Shown: positions 11,908 through 25,458 of the stretch, in pieces
Layout of the letters: the number at the start of each line of letters is the position of its first letter
Numbering within the stretch: position 1 is the first letter of the stretch
From: an uncultured Nitrospinota bacterium
Lineage (GTDB): Bacteria > Tectomicrobia > Entotheonellia > J063 > CAVPRW01
DNA: 64,000 bases
Direction: 5' to 3'
Assembly: GCA_963707985.1 (NCBI GenBank)
Contig: CAVPRW010000023.1
Span: 172,776-236,775, forward strand
Program-made: the position numbers and the translations under genes
The notes under the pieces: generated by a model
Databases searched by the model: none
What the model was told of the DNA's origin: nothing
What the model saw: the letters and a program-made list of their open reading frames with translations, nothing else

Positions 11908-12171
11908 TCAGCCCTCCACCTCCACACGATCCAGCAGAATGTCTTGAGCATGCGGGTCGGACACGTCTGTGCCGATTTCGATCAGGACCCGAGCGCCATC
12001 GAGGGCTGTCCCTCGGCAAGCCTGCGCAAAATGTTCACGCAGGTGCTGCGCCGACACATGGGCAAGCGCACCCACCTTGATCGTCACGTCGATGATCTGA
12101 GCGGGATATTGTTCGCGTGCGATGGCGTCCAGTTTGCGCATGAGATCTGCCATCAGGGACAATTCGTGCAT
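11908..12171 (-). CDS. hypA: Nickel metallochaperone HypA (short form)
   Basis: MHELS start with GGAGG RBS; in hyp cluster; no CxxC zinc pairs. Confidence 0.85.
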   Translation of the reverse strand: MHELSLMADLMRKLDAIAREQYPAQIIDVTIKVGALAHVSAQHLREHFAQACRGTALDGARVLIEIGTDVSDPHAQDILLDRVEVEG

Positions 12172-12616
12172 CGGACCTCCTGGAGGATGCGTTCGACGAC
12201 TGCCGGAACGACCCGTTCTAGCTCCGGCGACAGCCCGACCCCGGCGTCCCAACTCCCGGCTTCGATGCCATATACGAGCACACGTGGGGGCAATTGCCTT
12301 AAGACCCTCGCCAGCTCGATGGCCTCAGCCACACCAAAGGCATGTGTCGAACCATGAAACCATGTCGTCGGGATCGGACCCGCCTGCGCATCAAAGCGGT
12401 GGATCGTCCCCGGCTGGGCCCCGGAAACAACGGCATCGATGACGATCACCGTGTCGGTTTTGTCCCACAATTCTATCAATGCGAACGTCTCCCGCGACTG
12501 TTCCACAACTCGTACTTGCGCCGGCGCCTGATCTTTGAGGAGCCGCGCCACCATCGGCCCCACCCCGTCATCGCCGCGAAAGAGATTACCGATGCCAATG
12601 ACGACGATGGTGGCGG

Positions 12617-12620
<4 letters not shown>
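12153..12620 (-). CDS. Hydrogenase maturation endopeptidase
   Basis: [21 protein letters not shown] motifs. Confidence 0.92.
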
Positions 12621-13895
<1,275 letters not shown>

Positions 13896-13906
<11 letters not shown>

Positions 13907-14676
13907 GGTCTTCACTCGCTTGCCGAAACGCCTCGGCGTTGGCATTGAAGCTACGAAAGGCACGCATGAGATCAGGCTTCGGGACCCCGAGACTGCCCCA
14001 CCACTGGCTCAAGGATTGGGTATTGGGTGTTTCCTTAGGACCAAAGCAGCCATAGCAGCCCCGATTGTATGCCGGGCAGAGTGCACCACAACCGGCGTGC
14101 GTCACCGGCCCCAGACATGGTGTGCCATGGGCGACCATGACGCAGACCACGCCGCGTCGCTTGCATTCGATACAGACGCTGTGTGGCGGTGTATGCGGTT
14201 TGCGTCCGTGCAAAAACGCGCTGATGACCTCCAGCAATTGATGTTTGTTGATAGGGCAGCCGTGCAATTCAAAATCGACGCGCACATGCGCGGCGATCGG
14301 CGTTGACGTCGCCAGCGTGTCGATATATGCCGGCGTCGCGTACACGATGGCGACGAACTCTTGCACATCCTTGAAATTGCGCAACGCCTGGATGCCCCCG
14401 GAGGTGGCACACGCCCCGATAGTCACCAGGAACTTCGAGGCTCGGCGCACGCTGTTGGATGCGCTCCGCATCATGAGGCGTGGTAATCGAGCCCTCGACC
14501 AGGGAGAGGTCGTATGGGCCCCTGAGTGTCGCACGCGAAGCCTCGACGAAGTAGGCGATCTCCACCTGGTCCGCCACCATCAATAGTTCATCTTCGCAGT
14601 CCAGCAGACTCAACTGGCAGCCATCGCAAGAGGCAAATTTCCAGACAGCCAGCTTCGGTTTGCGCCGTTTAGCCAT
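13896..14676 (-). CDS. Group 3b hydrogenase small delta subunit; single frameshift near 14451
   Basis: KFASCDGCQ and VEGSIT in one frame; IGACA, GCP, CLGP, GCYGC in the next; one extra C at QQ/VRRASK. Confidence 0.9.
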
Positions 14677-14677
14677 C

Positions 14678-15538
14678 TTACACCTCACGCTTGCCGAACC
14701 AGGGCTGAATTCGGTCATAGCGTAACACGGGGCCATCCTTGCACATAAAGGTGGGTCCAAACTGGCAGTGCCCGCAAAACCCGACGGCGCATTGCATGTT
14801 GCGCTCCATCGACAGCCAGATATGCTCCGGCCCAACGCCGCGTTTCAGGAGCTCATGCACTGTGAAACGCATCATGATTTCAGGGCCACACATCATCACG
14901 GTGGTGCTCAATGGCTCGAACTCGATTCTGGGGATGAGCCTAGTCACTACCCCCACATGGCCGGACCACTCGCCTATCGAGCTATCCACGGTGACCTGCA
15001 CATCGAGGTCAAAGCGTCCACGCCAGCGTTCGAGCTCACGGCGATAGAGCAGGTCCTGAGGGGTCCGTGTCCCATAGAGCAGAACGATTTTGCCATACCG
15101 CTGGCGATTCGCCAGCAGAAAATATACCACCGGCCGCAACGGCGCCAAGCCGATCCCGCCGGCGACGATGATGACGTCGTTCCCTGACGCTTCCTCGACC
15201 GGCCAGCGGCTGCCAAACGGGCCACGCACCCCCACGAAGTCGCCGCGTTTCAAAGCACGTATGGCCCTGGTCACCGTCCCAACCGCACGGATGGTGTACA
15301 CCAGGAGGGGTGGGGCCACCCCATCGCCAGTGCGTGTCGGATCTCCACTGATGGAAATCGGGACCTCTCCCACGCCGAAGACGTACATCATCGTGAATTG
15401 GCCGGGAGCAAAGGAAACACCGCTATTACCGGACATCGGTTCGAGGGTGATGGTGAACGTATCACGGGTTTCCCGCCGCATGCGACTGAGACGATAGGGT
15501 TGAGGGCACATGGGGTCTAGAGGATGCGTAGCCATCAC
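14678..15538 (-). CDS. Group 3b hydrogenase gamma subunit (FAD/NAD(P)-binding, 2Fe-2S)
   Basis: [34 protein letters not shown]...CKDGPV. Confidence 0.93.
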   Translation of the reverse strand: MMATHPLDPMCPQPYRLSRMRRETRDTFTITLEPMSGNSGVSFAPGQFTMMYVFGVGEVPISISGDPTRTGDGVAPPLLVYTIRAVGTVTRAIRALKRGDFVGVRGPFGSRWPVEEASGNDVIIVAGGIGLAPLRPVVYFLLANRQRYGKIVLLYGTRTPQDLLYRRELERWRGRFDLDVQVTVDSSIGEWSGHVGVVTRLIPRIEFEPLSTTVMMCGPEIMMRFTVHELLKRGVGPEHIWLSMERNMQCAVGFCGHCQFGPTFMCKDGPVLRYDRIQPWFGKREV

Positions 15539-15544
15539 ATAACC

Positions 15545-16012
15545 TCAGGAACGTATGCCATAGACGTCCAGGAGCTGTAACCGTGAGGCTTGTAGGCGAT
15601 CGATAATCACCTGAGCGAACCGCTTGACCATCACATAACCCAAGCTATGGTCCTCATCGCATTTGGTGCGTAGGCATTTCCCATCTAACGCGATGGCGCG
15701 CGTCAGCTCAAGGGCACGGGCATCAAAGAGCCACCGGTAGGGCGGAAAGAGCCACGACCAGCCGAGGACCTCACCCGCTCCCAGGGTTTGAATGGTGAGC
15801 ACCCCGCGCTCGGGGGCGAATAATTCTAATGCTACCTTACCCTGGCGGATAATGTAAAACTGGTTGGCCTCCTGGCCTTCACGGAAGATGTACGCCCCAG
15901 CGTCGAAGCGTACGTTGGACGCACAGCCGACGATGATGCCCAGATGACGGGGATCGAGGTCCTTCAGGAAAGGATGCTGTGCCAGGATAGGCTCAAGCGT
16001 TTGGGTTTGCAT
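15545..16012 (-). CDS. Cyclic nucleotide-binding (Crp-like) domain protein
   Basis: [17 protein letters not shown]; position between beta and gamma subunits. Confidence 0.88.
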   Translation of the reverse strand: MQTQTLEPILAQHPFLKDLDPRHLGIIVGCASNVRFDAGAYIFREGQEANQFYIIRQGKVALELFAPERGVLTIQTLGAGEVLGWSWLFPPYRWLFDARALELTRAIALDGKCLRTKCDEDHSLGYVMVKRFAQVIIDRLQASRLQLLDVYGIRS

Positions 16013-17174
16013 GGGGTGTCCCCTTTGCGCTGGGGGTCGTTGCTCCATCGCTGTCTCGGATGGCACGAACCTCTTCGGTGATATCGATTGCCACCGGGCA
16101 CCAGGTGATGCAACGCCCGCATCCGACGCAGCCCGAGGTGCCGAACTGGTCAATCCAGGTGGCCAACTTGTGCGTCAGCCATTGTCGATAGCGTCCTTTC
16201 GGCGAGGAGCGGACGCTGCCGCCGTGGATGTAGGAGAAGTCGACGTTGAAGCATGAGTCCCACGTCCGCCAGCGCTCAGCATGCTCACCCGTCAGGTCGG
16301 TGACATCTTCGGTAGTCGTACAAAAACAGGTTGGACACACCATCGTACAGTTGGCACAGGTCAGGCAGCGCGCCGCCACCTCCTCCCAGCGCGGATGCTC
16401 GTAGTTGCGGTACAGCAAGGGTTTGATGTCGGTGGTATCGAGGGTACGCCCCATCTGGGTGGCAGTCTGCGCCACAATAGCTCCAGCGGCCTGTCGCGCC
16501 TCAGCCGTCGCTGGCTGGTGAGGGATTTCCTGGAGTATCTCTGCACCTAATGGGGTACCCACTTCGACGACGAAATAATGCTGTTCGGCGTTCAGTACCT
16601 CCGTCACCGCCAGGTCAAACCCGAACGTCGCCTGTGGCCCGGTCTTCATGGACACGCAAAAACAGGTTCCGCCGGCCTGTCCGCAGTTGACCGCGACGAT
16701 AAACACCGCCTCACGTCTCCCCTGGTAGGTGGGATCGACGTACGATCCCTGCACGAAGACTTTATCCTGCACGGCGATGGCGTGCAGCTCGCACGAGCGC
16801 ACGCCGATGAAGGCGAGTTTCGGTGGTGTCTCCCGCTCCGGCACGATCTGCACACTGCTCCCCTGGCGCTGCGCTTGCCAGAGCCGGACGGTCGGCGGCA
16901 GCAGGTACTTTTTCCACGAATGTGGGCCGACGGCATAGCCAAACAGCGCCTGATCAGGGCGCTTCTTCAGCCGATAGGTGCCACCATCCTGCTCGTCCGT
17001 CCAGCCTACGGGCAGATCAGCGGTCGTGTCCAGCTCGTCATAGACAATGGCGCCGTCGCCTATCGTGGGTCCAACCACCTGATAGCCCCGCTTGTGCAGG
17101 GCTGCAAGCAGTTCCTGAAGATGTGGGACTGCGATGACGGCGTGGTCTCCAATGGTTAGAGAAAGCTTTTCCAT
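15993..17174 (-). CDS. Group 3b hydrogenase beta subunit (4Fe-4S dicluster)
   Basis: [16 protein letters not shown] and [12 protein letters not shown]. Confidence 0.93.
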   Translation of the reverse strand: MEKLSLTIGDHAVIAVPHLQELLAALHKRGYQVVGPTIGDGAIVYDELDTTADLPVGWTDEQDGGTYRLKKRPDQALFGYAVGPHSWKKYLLPPTVRLWQAQRQGSSVQIVPERETPPKLAFIGVRSCELHAIAVQDKVFVQGSYVDPTYQGRREAVFIVAVNCGQAGGTCFCVSMKTGPQATFGFDLAVTEVLNAEQHYFVVEVGTPLGAEILQEIPHQPATAEARQAAGAIVAQTATQMGRTLDTTDIKPLLYRNYEHPRWEEVAARCLTCANCTMVCPTCFCTTTEDVTDLTGEHAERWRTWDSCFNVDFSYIHGGSVRSSPKGRYRQWLTHKLATWIDQFGTSGCVGCGRCITWCPVAIDITEEVRAIRDSDGATTPSAKGTPHANPNA

Positions 17175-17337
17175 CGAACCTCCATCACTCAGCATTACAA
17201 GCGATAATAGCGGTATTCCTGCTCTCTCCCGGCTCCTGGTCCGAGGTCAACGCTACCTGCCATGCAGCGGCACGGCATTCCGTCGCAACTGCAATGTTCA
17301 GGCTTCTCCTAATCCTTCCGCGCATGCGTATCCGCGG

Positions 17338-17757
17338 TCATTTGACGAGTAACACGGGGCATTGTGAGAGAATACCGATTTTGTAGCTCAATGTCCCCCA
17401 TCCTGCCCCGGGATTTTTGAGATCGATACGATGCGAGCTGAGCACGATCAGATCAACTCCCATTTCCGTGGCATAGCGGACGATCTCCTCGGCGCGATTG
17501 CCAAAGATAATCTCTTCACGTTTCGGCACATGCCTTTCTTCCAGTCGGCGTCCAAACCGGGTGAGATGATCCCGCGCGGCAGTCTCGATACGCTCATAAA
17601 AGTCCCGCTCCTCCTCGACCCACAAACCTGGGATGACCTCCACCACATGCAACAGGATGACTTGGCCATCGTTTTCACTCGCCAGATTCGCAGCGATTTC
17701 GATGGCTTGCTGGTGGGTATCCGACAAATCTACTGGCACAAGGATCTTCTGGAACAC
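17338..17757 (-). CDS. Universal stress protein
   Basis: FQKILVPVDLS, LLHVVE, DLIVLSSH, CPVLLVK. Confidence 0.9.
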   Translation of the reverse strand: MFQKILVPVDLSDTHQQAIEIAANLASENDGQVILLHVVEVIPGLWVEEERDFYERIETAARDHLTRFGRRLEERHVPKREEIIFGNRAEEIVRYATEMGVDLIVLSSHRIDLKNPGAGWGTLSYKIGILSQCPVLLVK

Positions 17758-18077
17758 CGGCGTCCTCTCTTTCTTCGTCGATCGTCGATCATGGTTGTTC
17801 GACCCCACACACGATCTTGCAGGAACAGAGCAAGGGCCGTGCCTGAAAGGCCGTGGCAGGCATCCATGGATGGCCTGCAGGGGAGCCACCGCCGAGTTGC
17901 TTCATGCAGTTGTAGGATTCAGAGTTGGGACATTCTGTCACAAAGCAGGTCATTGTGTCTCGCATCCATGTTGGCGTCGAGAGGCAGGATCAACCTCCAC
18001 CAGAAGTGTCAATGAGGCTCAAGTCCTCGCCCACTGCCGGGTGACAGACGAGGTTCACCAAGGAAAGGTAGGGGATT

Positions 18078-19448
18078 CTACAACGTGGGCCTGACGACCG
18101 TGCGGCGGTCCACAGCGTCGGTCAACTCGTGCAGAGCCAGGGCAATGGAGACCACGTAGGGACTTTCTACCTGAAGCTGCCGTAGATGGTCCGGTAGACA
18201 AGCCAGTTGGGATGCGGCGTATTGTCGGACCTCGGACAACGGGGGCGACGGATGCAGGCGTTGGCCAGCGCGCATGACGACCTGGAGCAAAGGCTCGCCC
18301 GGCTGCGGATCATCTTCGATAGTCAGGATATCGCCAGCCATGCGTCGGTCAGGACCCAGTTGGCGGAACACCTGCTTACGACCGGGCCAGGTGGCTTTCC
18401 CCGTTGAGAGTTTGCGGCGCGCCCGCCCGGCATACTCTTGCAGTTTGTAGACACAGTCGAGGTATGGCACGTCAACCGAGGTGTCCAAACGTGTCCCAAT
18501 GGCGAAATCATCGATGGGAGCCCCCGCCTCCACCAGGGTTCGTACCGCCTCCTCATCGAGGTTACTGCTAACCAGGATACGCACCTCCTCAAGCCCTCCG
18601 GCATCGAGAATGCCGCGGACTTTGTAGGAGAGATCCGCCAAATCCCCGCTGTCGAGGCGTACCCCCTTGATGCGAATGCCCTTCTGGCGCAGGCGAGGGG
18701 CGAGGGCAACGACTTTCTCAGCAGCGGCTTCCGTATCATAGGTATCGATCAGGAGGACGACATTTTCCGGCTGGGCATACGCAAAATGCTCGAACGCTTC
18801 TGCTTCAGCATCATGCGCCTGGACCAACGAATGCGCCATGGTGCCATATAACGGTACGCCATAGAGGAATCCCGCGAGCACTGTTGCCGAGCCGGCAAAC
18901 CCCGCCAGGTAGCTGGCACGGGCGGCCAGTAGCCCTGCTTCGGCACCATGCGCGCGGCGTAGTCCAAAATCAATCAAGCCCTTGCCGCGGGCGACCAGGA
19001 CTGCGCGTGCCGCTTTCGAGGCGATCAACGTCTGGAAATGCAGCAGATTGATTAGGCGCGTTTCTACGAGCTGCGCTTGTGGGATGGGGGCGGTCACGCG
19101 GATGATGGGTTCTGCCGCAAAGAAAATCGTCCCCTCCGGCATGGCATGGACATCTCCGGTGAACCGGAGGCGCTCCAAGTAATCGATGAAATCCCGACTG
19201 AAGCGCCCACTCTGGGCTAGCCATTCCAGCTCCCGGGAGGTGAAGTGCAGATGCTCCAGACAATCCAACACTTGCTCAAGGCCCGCCGCCATGAGAAAGC
19301 TCCGCATGGGTGGCAGCCTGCGGGAGAATAATTCGAAGACCGCGGTGTCCTCCATGCCTTGATCGAAATAGGTTTGCAGCATCGTCAGCTGATAGAGGTC
19401 CGTCAAGAGCGCGCTCGCACCGGGATTGATCGCATATGCTTCGTTCAT
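18078..19448 (-). CDS. pncB: Nicotinate phosphoribosyltransferase
   Basis: LLTDLYQLTM, DFGLRRAHG, GTMAHS, IDTYD, VRLDSGD. Confidence 0.94.
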   Translation of the reverse strand: MNEAYAINPGASALLTDLYQLTMLQTYFDQGMEDTAVFELFSRRLPPMRSFLMAAGLEQVLDCLEHLHFTSRELEWLAQSGRFSRDFIDYLERLRFTGDVHAMPEGTIFFAAEPIIRVTAPIPQAQLVETRLINLLHFQTLIASKAARAVLVARGKGLIDFGLRRAHGAEAGLLAARASYLAGFAGSATVLAGFLYGVPLYGTMAHSLVQAHDAEAEAFEHFAYAQPENVVLLIDTYDTEAAAEKVVALAPRLRQKGIRIKGVRLDSGDLADLSYKVRGILDAGGLEEVRILVSSNLDEEAVRTLVEAGAPIDDFAIGTRLDTSVDVPYLDCVYKLQEYAGRARRKLSTGKATWPGRKQVFRQLGPDRRMAGDILTIEDDPQPGEPLLQVVMRAGQRLHPSPPLSEVRQYAASQLACLPDHLRQLQVESPYVVSIALALHELTDAVDRRTVVRPTL

Positions 19449-19745
19449 ATCAGAATCTCCTCTCCCAGCACCGGGGCCTCATATCGACGGCAAACCGGCG
19501 TCTCCAGACCGGGAAGCACCTCGGTGGTCACGAATGGGATGGCAAGCGGATCGAAATGGGCACCGAGGCGCTCAGGCGCACTCTCTCAACACTGCGTCAT
19601 CACGGGGTGTCTCCACCCTTCAGGCAGCAGGATGCCTGCAATCTAATGGGCTATCCGATCCATGTCAACACCTTTGGTCGTCTACAGTCCTTCCTGGAGA
19701 GCGTCTGTACTCTATTCACATCACTTGCTCACCCCCAACATACAT

Positions 19746-19876
19746 CACTCAAGTGGTGCGCCTCGAAAAAAGGCTTTGAGCAGGCGCGGTTTTCGACAGA
19801 CTCGTGCCACCACATCCCGGAGTTCGGCACGCAGATGTGTGAGATTGAAGCAACACAAGTTGCGCAGCTCGACATG
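19746..19876 (-). mobile_element. IS630-family transposase C-terminal remnant
   Basis: Minus-strand peptide HVELRNLCCFNLTHLRAELRDVVARVCRKPRLLKAFFRGAPL resembles IS630 C-termini. Confidence 0.6.
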
Positions 19877-20461
19877 CCAGAGCGTTGGCTCGGCGAACAG
19901 AACCCTACCACATACACCTGGTTTGATGACCCGGTGTATGTGAAGGATGTCCGGCTCATGGCTGAACTACGCCGGTGTACCTCCAGACCGGTCCTTCGGC
20001 TGGTCCCAGGGGCCCGCCGAATCCCTCGGCCAACTCCTGGATAGACGCTGACGGGGAGATGATCTTGTCCAGCTCCGGAGCCCATGGCTCGATCCGCTTT
20101 GACGATTGGGAGAATACGCGTCAGACACCACCAGACAGCGCAAGCCCTCCTATGGCAACAGCCATGCCCAACACGTGTCGGCGTGAGATACCGCTCTGAG
20201 CATTCATGGTGACCCCTTTCGAGAAATGTGTTGCGCCCCTCCCTCTCCTCTAGGGCAGCATGGCAGGATCCGTGGAGAGGAATTCTAAAGCAGGTCTGCC
20301 TCGGTGTCTACCCATAGGCCTGGGCGTGGTCGTGTGCCGCTCGATCTCCACTATTGTTTCAGCCGCTTGCTCGCGCTATGATACGCCATCCCATACGGAG
20401 CCGCAGGACTCCAAGGGTAAACGAACTGATCCCAGCGCCACCTCGTTGGAGGGTAACGAGC

Positions 20462-21577
20462 ATGCTCGACCGTTTCAAAGTGCCACCAGCAGACCAGGTC
20501 CGCGTCTCAGAAGCGGCGTTACGTCGGACAGTTGCCGACATTTTTGAGCAGATGCACCTCACACCTGAAGACGCGGCGCTTGGCGCGGACGTCCTGGTCA
20601 CGACAGACCTGCGGGGGGTGGAGAGCCACGGCGTATCTAACATGTTGCGGTCCTATGTGCAGAGCTATCAGAGAGACGCCATCAATCCCCGGCCGCAGTG
20701 GCGTATCGTGCGGGAGTCGCCCAGCACCGCGACGATCGATGGCGATGGTGGCCTCGGCATCATCCTCGGTCCGAAGGCCATGCAGATCGCGATCGATAAA
20801 GCCAGGACAGCTGGCGTGGGCATCGTCACCATGTTCAACGGGCGTCACCTGGGAGCCGCAGGCTACCACGCCATGCTCGCGGCGCAGGCAGATATGGTGG
20901 GGATGTGTATGACCGCCACGCAGCCCAGCGTGGTCCCGACCTTCGGCGCCGAAGCGCGCTTTGGCACCAATCCGATCGCCATCGCCGCGCCAGCGAACAC
21001 GCAGCCACCGTTCTTGTTTGACGCCGCGACCAGTTCGATTGCCGCCAACAAGGTGCAGCTGGCCGCCCGCGTGGGCTCGAATCTGTTACCGGGCTGGGTG
21101 ACGGACAAAGAGGGCCATCCGATTATGACCGAGACCCCACCAGGCGCGGTACGCGGCGACTATCTGTTGTTGCCGTTGGGGGCCACCCGAGAACTGGGAT
21201 CGCATAAGGGCTATGGCCTGGCGCTCATGGTCGAAACCCTCGCCACCCTCTTGTCAGGGACCTTGCCGTTTGGGCTCGATCGGAGCACGGGCTATAAGCA
21301 CTTCTTTGCGGCCTACAACATCGCGGCGTTCACGGATGTCGACGTCTTCAAGGCGAATATGGACGAGACGCTGACCTGGTTCCGGGAGACCAGGCCCGTT
21401 CCAGGGCAGCCACGCGTCCTGTACCCGGGACTCCTGGAATACGAAGAAGCCGAAGAGCGACGGGCGCATGGGATCCCCCTCCACGCAGAGGTGATACAGT
21501 GGTTTGGGCATATCACCCAGGAATTGGGCCTCCCGGCCCTGGTCACGCTCGAGCAGGCCGCCGACACACGAGGGTGA
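20462..21577 (+). CDS. Ldh_2 family (malate/L-lactate/sulfolactate-type) oxidoreductase
   Basis: DLRGVESHG, HLGAAG, FGTNPIA, SHKGYGLA. Confidence 0.92.
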   Translation: MLDRFKVPPADQVRVSEAALRRTVADIFEQMHLTPEDAALGADVLVTTDLRGVESHGVSNMLRSYVQSYQRDAINPRPQWRIVRESPSTATIDGDGGLGIILGPKAMQIAIDKARTAGVGIVTMFNGRHLGAAGYHAMLAAQADMVGMCMTATQPSVVPTFGAEARFGTNPIAIAAPANTQPPFLFDAATSSIAANKVQLAARVGSNLLPGWVTDKEGHPIMTETPPGAVRGDYLLLPLGATRELGSHKGYGLALMVETLATLLSGTLPFGLDRSTGYKHFFAAYNIAAFTDVDVFKANMDETLTWFRETRPVPGQPRVLYPGLLEYEEAEERRAHGIPLHAEVIQWFGHITQELGLPALVTLEQAADTRG

Positions 21578-21626
21578 CCACCCAACGCCCCCAGAACCCC
21601 TTGGCTCAGACGTGAGGTGTGCAGCG

Positions 21627-22481
21627 ATGACCGCAGCCGAGCAGTATGCAGCGAATGTGGACGCCGTAAATGCGCAACGCGCCCGCCTCCATGGAGAGCA
21701 GCTCCCGGACGACCGCTGGGGGAGTGAGACGGCGCAACGCTACCGCTATGACCCTCATCGCCGCCTCGATGCCAACCTGGAGGTCATTGCGTCTTACGTG
21801 CGACCGGAGGACGTGTTGGTCGATGTGGGTGGAGGGGCCGGTCGCGTCTCGCTCCCCCTGGCCCTGCGCTGCCGAGAGGTGGTCAACGTGGATGCCTCTG
21901 CAGGCATGCTGGCAGCGTTTGAGGCATTAGCTGCCGGGGCAGGCATTCAGAATGCGCGTGCGGTGAAGAGCGACTGGCTGGCAGCAGAGGGCATCCAGGG
22001 GGATGTTACCCTGGTGTCCAGCGTGACCTACTTCGTGCGAGATATCGTACCCTTCGTGCGGAAACTGGAGGCCGCCTCCCGCAGGCGGGTGATCATCCTG
22101 GTCTGGAGTGAGCCGCCACCCAACTTGCGGAGCAGGCCCTTTCGCCTGGTCTACGGAGAAGAACTGGCGCCATTACCTGGACATCGGGCGCTGCTGCCGG
22201 TCTTGTGGGAGATGGGCATTTTGCCCGATGTCCGTGTGCTCCCGAGGCCGCCCACACCGGCGGGCTTGCCTCCACATGTCAGGTATCCCCAGACGTACGA
22301 AGAGGCGATGGCGTATACCCTGATGGGACAGTGGCTTGCCCCCGGAGACCGTGAGCGCGCCCGAGAGGTCATGGAAGCACACTTCCAGGAGCTTTTTGAG
22401 CGAACTTCCGAGGGGTTCCGTCCTCTCTGGCAGATAGACACGCGTGAACTCCTGATCACCTGGGAGCCACACCCACGGTAG
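21627..22481 (+). CDS. Class I SAM-dependent methyltransferase
   Basis: LVDVGGGAG motif I; VDASAGML. Confidence 0.85.
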   Translation: MTAAEQYAANVDAVNAQRARLHGEQLPDDRWGSETAQRYRYDPHRRLDANLEVIASYVRPEDVLVDVGGGAGRVSLPLALRCREVVNVDASAGMLAAFEALAAGAGIQNARAVKSDWLAAEGIQGDVTLVSSVTYFVRDIVPFVRKLEAASRRRVIILVWSEPPPNLRSRPFRLVYGEELAPLPGHRALLPVLWEMGILPDVRVLPRPPTPAGLPPHVRYPQTYEEAMAYTLMGQWLAPGDRERAREVMEAHFQELFERTSEGFRPLWQIDTRELLITWEPHPR

Positions 22482-22809
22482 TGGATCGATGGCAAGAGGT
22501 GACGGCCGGACGAACAAACAACGGCGTTGTCAACTTAACGATTCCATCTGCAAGACGGGGTTGTCGAGTGGGACGCTGAGCACATTTCGGGGCCATTGTA
22601 TGACCCGAAGTGGAATGTCTGCGCTTTATAAGCGCCCTACATACCCTCGAAGTGGGAGAGGTTTTACCGCTCACCAATTCAGTTGACAATGCCCTCGTCA
22701 TTGCTCCATCGATTCCCTATGCGACCGCGTGCCATTGAACCAGACCATCCCCCAGCATGGTGGGAAAGCTATGCCTACATCACGAGATCAGTCGGCTTGC
22801 CACAGGCGC

Positions 22810-23992
22810 TTAGCACCCGTCCAGCTCGGCCAGCGCCGCCGCGGCGTCGGGGAGCCAAAAGGTCATCGCCATCGTCCGATACTGCTCGACGGCGGTGGAC
22901 AGGTCGGCGCGAGCCTCGGCGCGGCGTCCGACCATGGCATAAAGCCTGCCGAGGCTAAGGTGGCAATGGGCCTGGAGCGGGCGCATGCCCAGTTCCTCGG
23001 CCAGGGCGAGGGCCTGACGGAAGTGGGTTTCGGCTTCTTCGACATGCGGGGGTTTGCGACGTGCGGCACTCTCGCCGAGGAGGCGCAGGGCATAGGCCTG
23101 GTAGCCCCGTTCCTGGCGCTGACGGGTGAGTGCCAGCGTGCGCTCGGCAAGGGTGTGCGCCTCCCCCAGGCTGCCAGCCAGCAGGTGCACTTCCCCTAAA
23201 GAAAGATGACAGAGCGACTGATAGACTACCGTTTCCATGGCAATGGTTTGTTCCATCGCCTGTGTGAGCAGTGGCATGGCATCGGCGACGCGCCCACCCA
23301 TGGTGTATGCCGCACCCAAAGCTACAGCAACCCCGAGGAAATAGACCGGCAAGTCCGCGTCTTGACAGATGCTCCTGGCCCGTTCGAGCCGGAGGAGCGC
23401 CCTGGGCAGGTCGCCGTGGCGTAGGGCCAGCAGACCCAGCCCCCACGAGGCAACCACAAGGCTCACAGGGTGATCGGCCGCCTCGGCGATCCGTAGCCCT
23501 ACGTCCCCAAGGGCCCTGCCCTCGGCGAACGTGCCGAGTTCAGCATGGCACCGGGCGAGCTGGGCACGGGCGCCCACGGCGGGTATAGTGGCTTGACCGA
23601 AGCGCTCGTGGGGTCGCACCCCGTCGAAGACTGCCGCGGCCTTCCCGCAGCAGTCGATCGCCCGACGATAGTCGCCCTGGGCCTGGTAGGCAAGGCCGAG
23701 GTTGCGGTTCGCCAGCGCGTGCAGGACGGCATCCCCGCTGGCTATGGCGAGTGCCAGGACGCGCTGGGCCGAGCCTATGGCCTGGTCATGCACACCCCTG
23801 TTGTGGAAATAGACGGAGAGAAAGCCCAAGATTTGTCCCAGCCGACGCGGGTCATTGAGGGCCGCCGCAAGGGTTTCGGCCTCGCGCAGGTAGGCCAGGA
23901 TTCGCTCAAGGTCGCCAGATGGCAGGAGCGCCGAGCGCAGCGCGAGGCGCAAATCGATGGCCTGCTCGCGCCTGTCGCGCGTCTCCGGCAGC
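22810..23992 (-). pseudogene. C-terminal TPR region of an AAA-ATPase/adenylate cyclase-type regulator, N-terminus missing
   Basis: Helical repeats ending ALALAEELGMRPLQAHCH...MAMTFWL; no start context; abuts an unrelated fragment near 23992. Confidence 0.7.
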
Positions 23993-24330
23993 TGCGAGCG
24001 AACCGTCTTGAGACGGCACGCGAGCTCCGCAGGGCAGGCAGCAAAGACGCGGCATTCCTCTTGCTGTGGGTTTCGATTGAGGCCCTCCTCAGACAGATTG
24101 CGACTCACGAAGGTCTTCCTCTCGAACGCATGCCCTCGTCCGCTCTCCTGAAAGAACTGTTTTCGCTAGGCATCCTTTCCCGAGACAATCTTGAGGTGGC
24201 TCAGCGCGCGTTCGCTGTTCGCAGTGCGCTCGTACATGGTTTTGAGGCGACGGGGCTTGACCAGATGACCGAAGCGGTGGCAGACCTGGCTCAACAATTA
24301 CTGGCCGAGCTCGATCAGCACGCGGCGTAA
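23993..24330 (+). pseudogene. C-terminal HEPN-like fragment (REase_AHJR-like protein)
   Basis: AAFLLLWVSIEALLR...RSALVHG (Rx4H-like); N-terminus missing. Confidence 0.5.
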
Positions 24331-24531
24331 GGTCATTGCTTCAGACGAAAGCCCTCTTCATAGACCTCATCCAAGAGGGAGGGTGACAGGTACTCCAAAT
24401 TAGACATGATAGTCAGGAACCGGTCCTCTGGCAGGGCCGGTTTTCTGCATACTCGCGTGGGTACACATCGACAAAATCAGACAGAACAGTTATTTTGTCT
24501 GATTGGGAAATGAGAGATGACGCCCAGCGGC

Positions 24532-25458
24532 TTAAGGGGGTGGTGCCGTCAGACTTCCGGTCCCACGCCGAATATCTTCGAGGTACCTCCCGAGGAGAGC
24601 TTCAATGCCTCGCTTTCCGCCAATGGTATCATCGTAGAAGATGACGCGATATCCACTGATGTCGAACGGCAGCTTCTCGATTTGTCGATTCGCCAGAAGG
24701 ATGGTGGGTTTTTGCAGCGCATGAGCGTACCCAAGCTCATAGAATACATTCGGATTTGATGGTGTGATCTCGGCTACAATCACATCTGATTCGACAATTC
24801 CGCGTATGATATCCTGAAGAATCACACCCGGACGAAACACGTCATCAGCACGGAGGGCGGCAAAGCCCAGCTTGTCTGCTACGGGCTGAATGACTTCCGT
24901 GTACAAGCTGTCGTAAGGTTCCCCGAATTGCATGACGACAAAGATCCGCGATTCAGTGCCTGAGATGTGAAACTTCTCAAATGCCACCTCTGCGGGCCCC
25001 CCAGCGAAGAGCCCCACCTGATCCCCTCGAAGCGGGGACGGAAGTGCGGCCTCCAAGACCCGGACACCATCGACAGACAGTGAAACGTGCTGCCCGGCGA
25101 CCTCGACCTCCAGGTGATATGGCACACCGGTCCTCAGTAGCGACACCGCCCCTATGGCGCGAATCGTGCGCCAACCGAGGCCGGGAACGAACTCATTGAT
25201 CATGTATGCATTGCCAGAGCCCCCAAGACCTATGGAGTAGTAACTTCCCGTCGCCGCATTGTATCCGACCACGACCCGCGCAACCCCTTTGGGGTCCTTG
25301 ATGGTTGCCTCGACAACGAGGAGGCCCGAGCGAAATCGTGTTGGCACCAGGCAAATGCCTATAGGCTCCTCACGCTCTTCTGCGCCAAGGAACGTGGCAT
25401 TTGTTCCATCGATGCGCCAGCGGCCGGCAATCAAAACAAAATTCATAGCTCCCTCCAT
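24532..25458 (-). CDS. Beta-sandwich (ConA-like) domain fused to nucleoside 2-deoxyribosyltransferase/TIR-like domain
   Basis: C-terminal IFVVMQF...RADD...NPNVFYELGYAHAL...LPFDI. Confidence 0.75.
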   Translation of the reverse strand: MEGAMNFVLIAGRWRIDGTNATFLGAEEREEPIGICLVPTRFRSGLLVVEATIKDPKGVARVVVGYNAATGSYYSIGLGGSGNAYMINEFVPGLGWRTIRAIGAVSLLRTGVPYHLEVEVAGQHVSLSVDGVRVLEAALPSPLRGDQVGLFAGGPAEVAFEKFHISGTESRIFVVMQFGEPYDSLYTEVIQPVADKLGFAALRADDVFRPGVILQDIIRGIVESDVIVAEITPSNPNVFYELGYAHALQKPTILLANRQIEKLPFDISGYRVIFYDDTIGGKRGIEALLGRYLEDIRRGTGSLTAPPP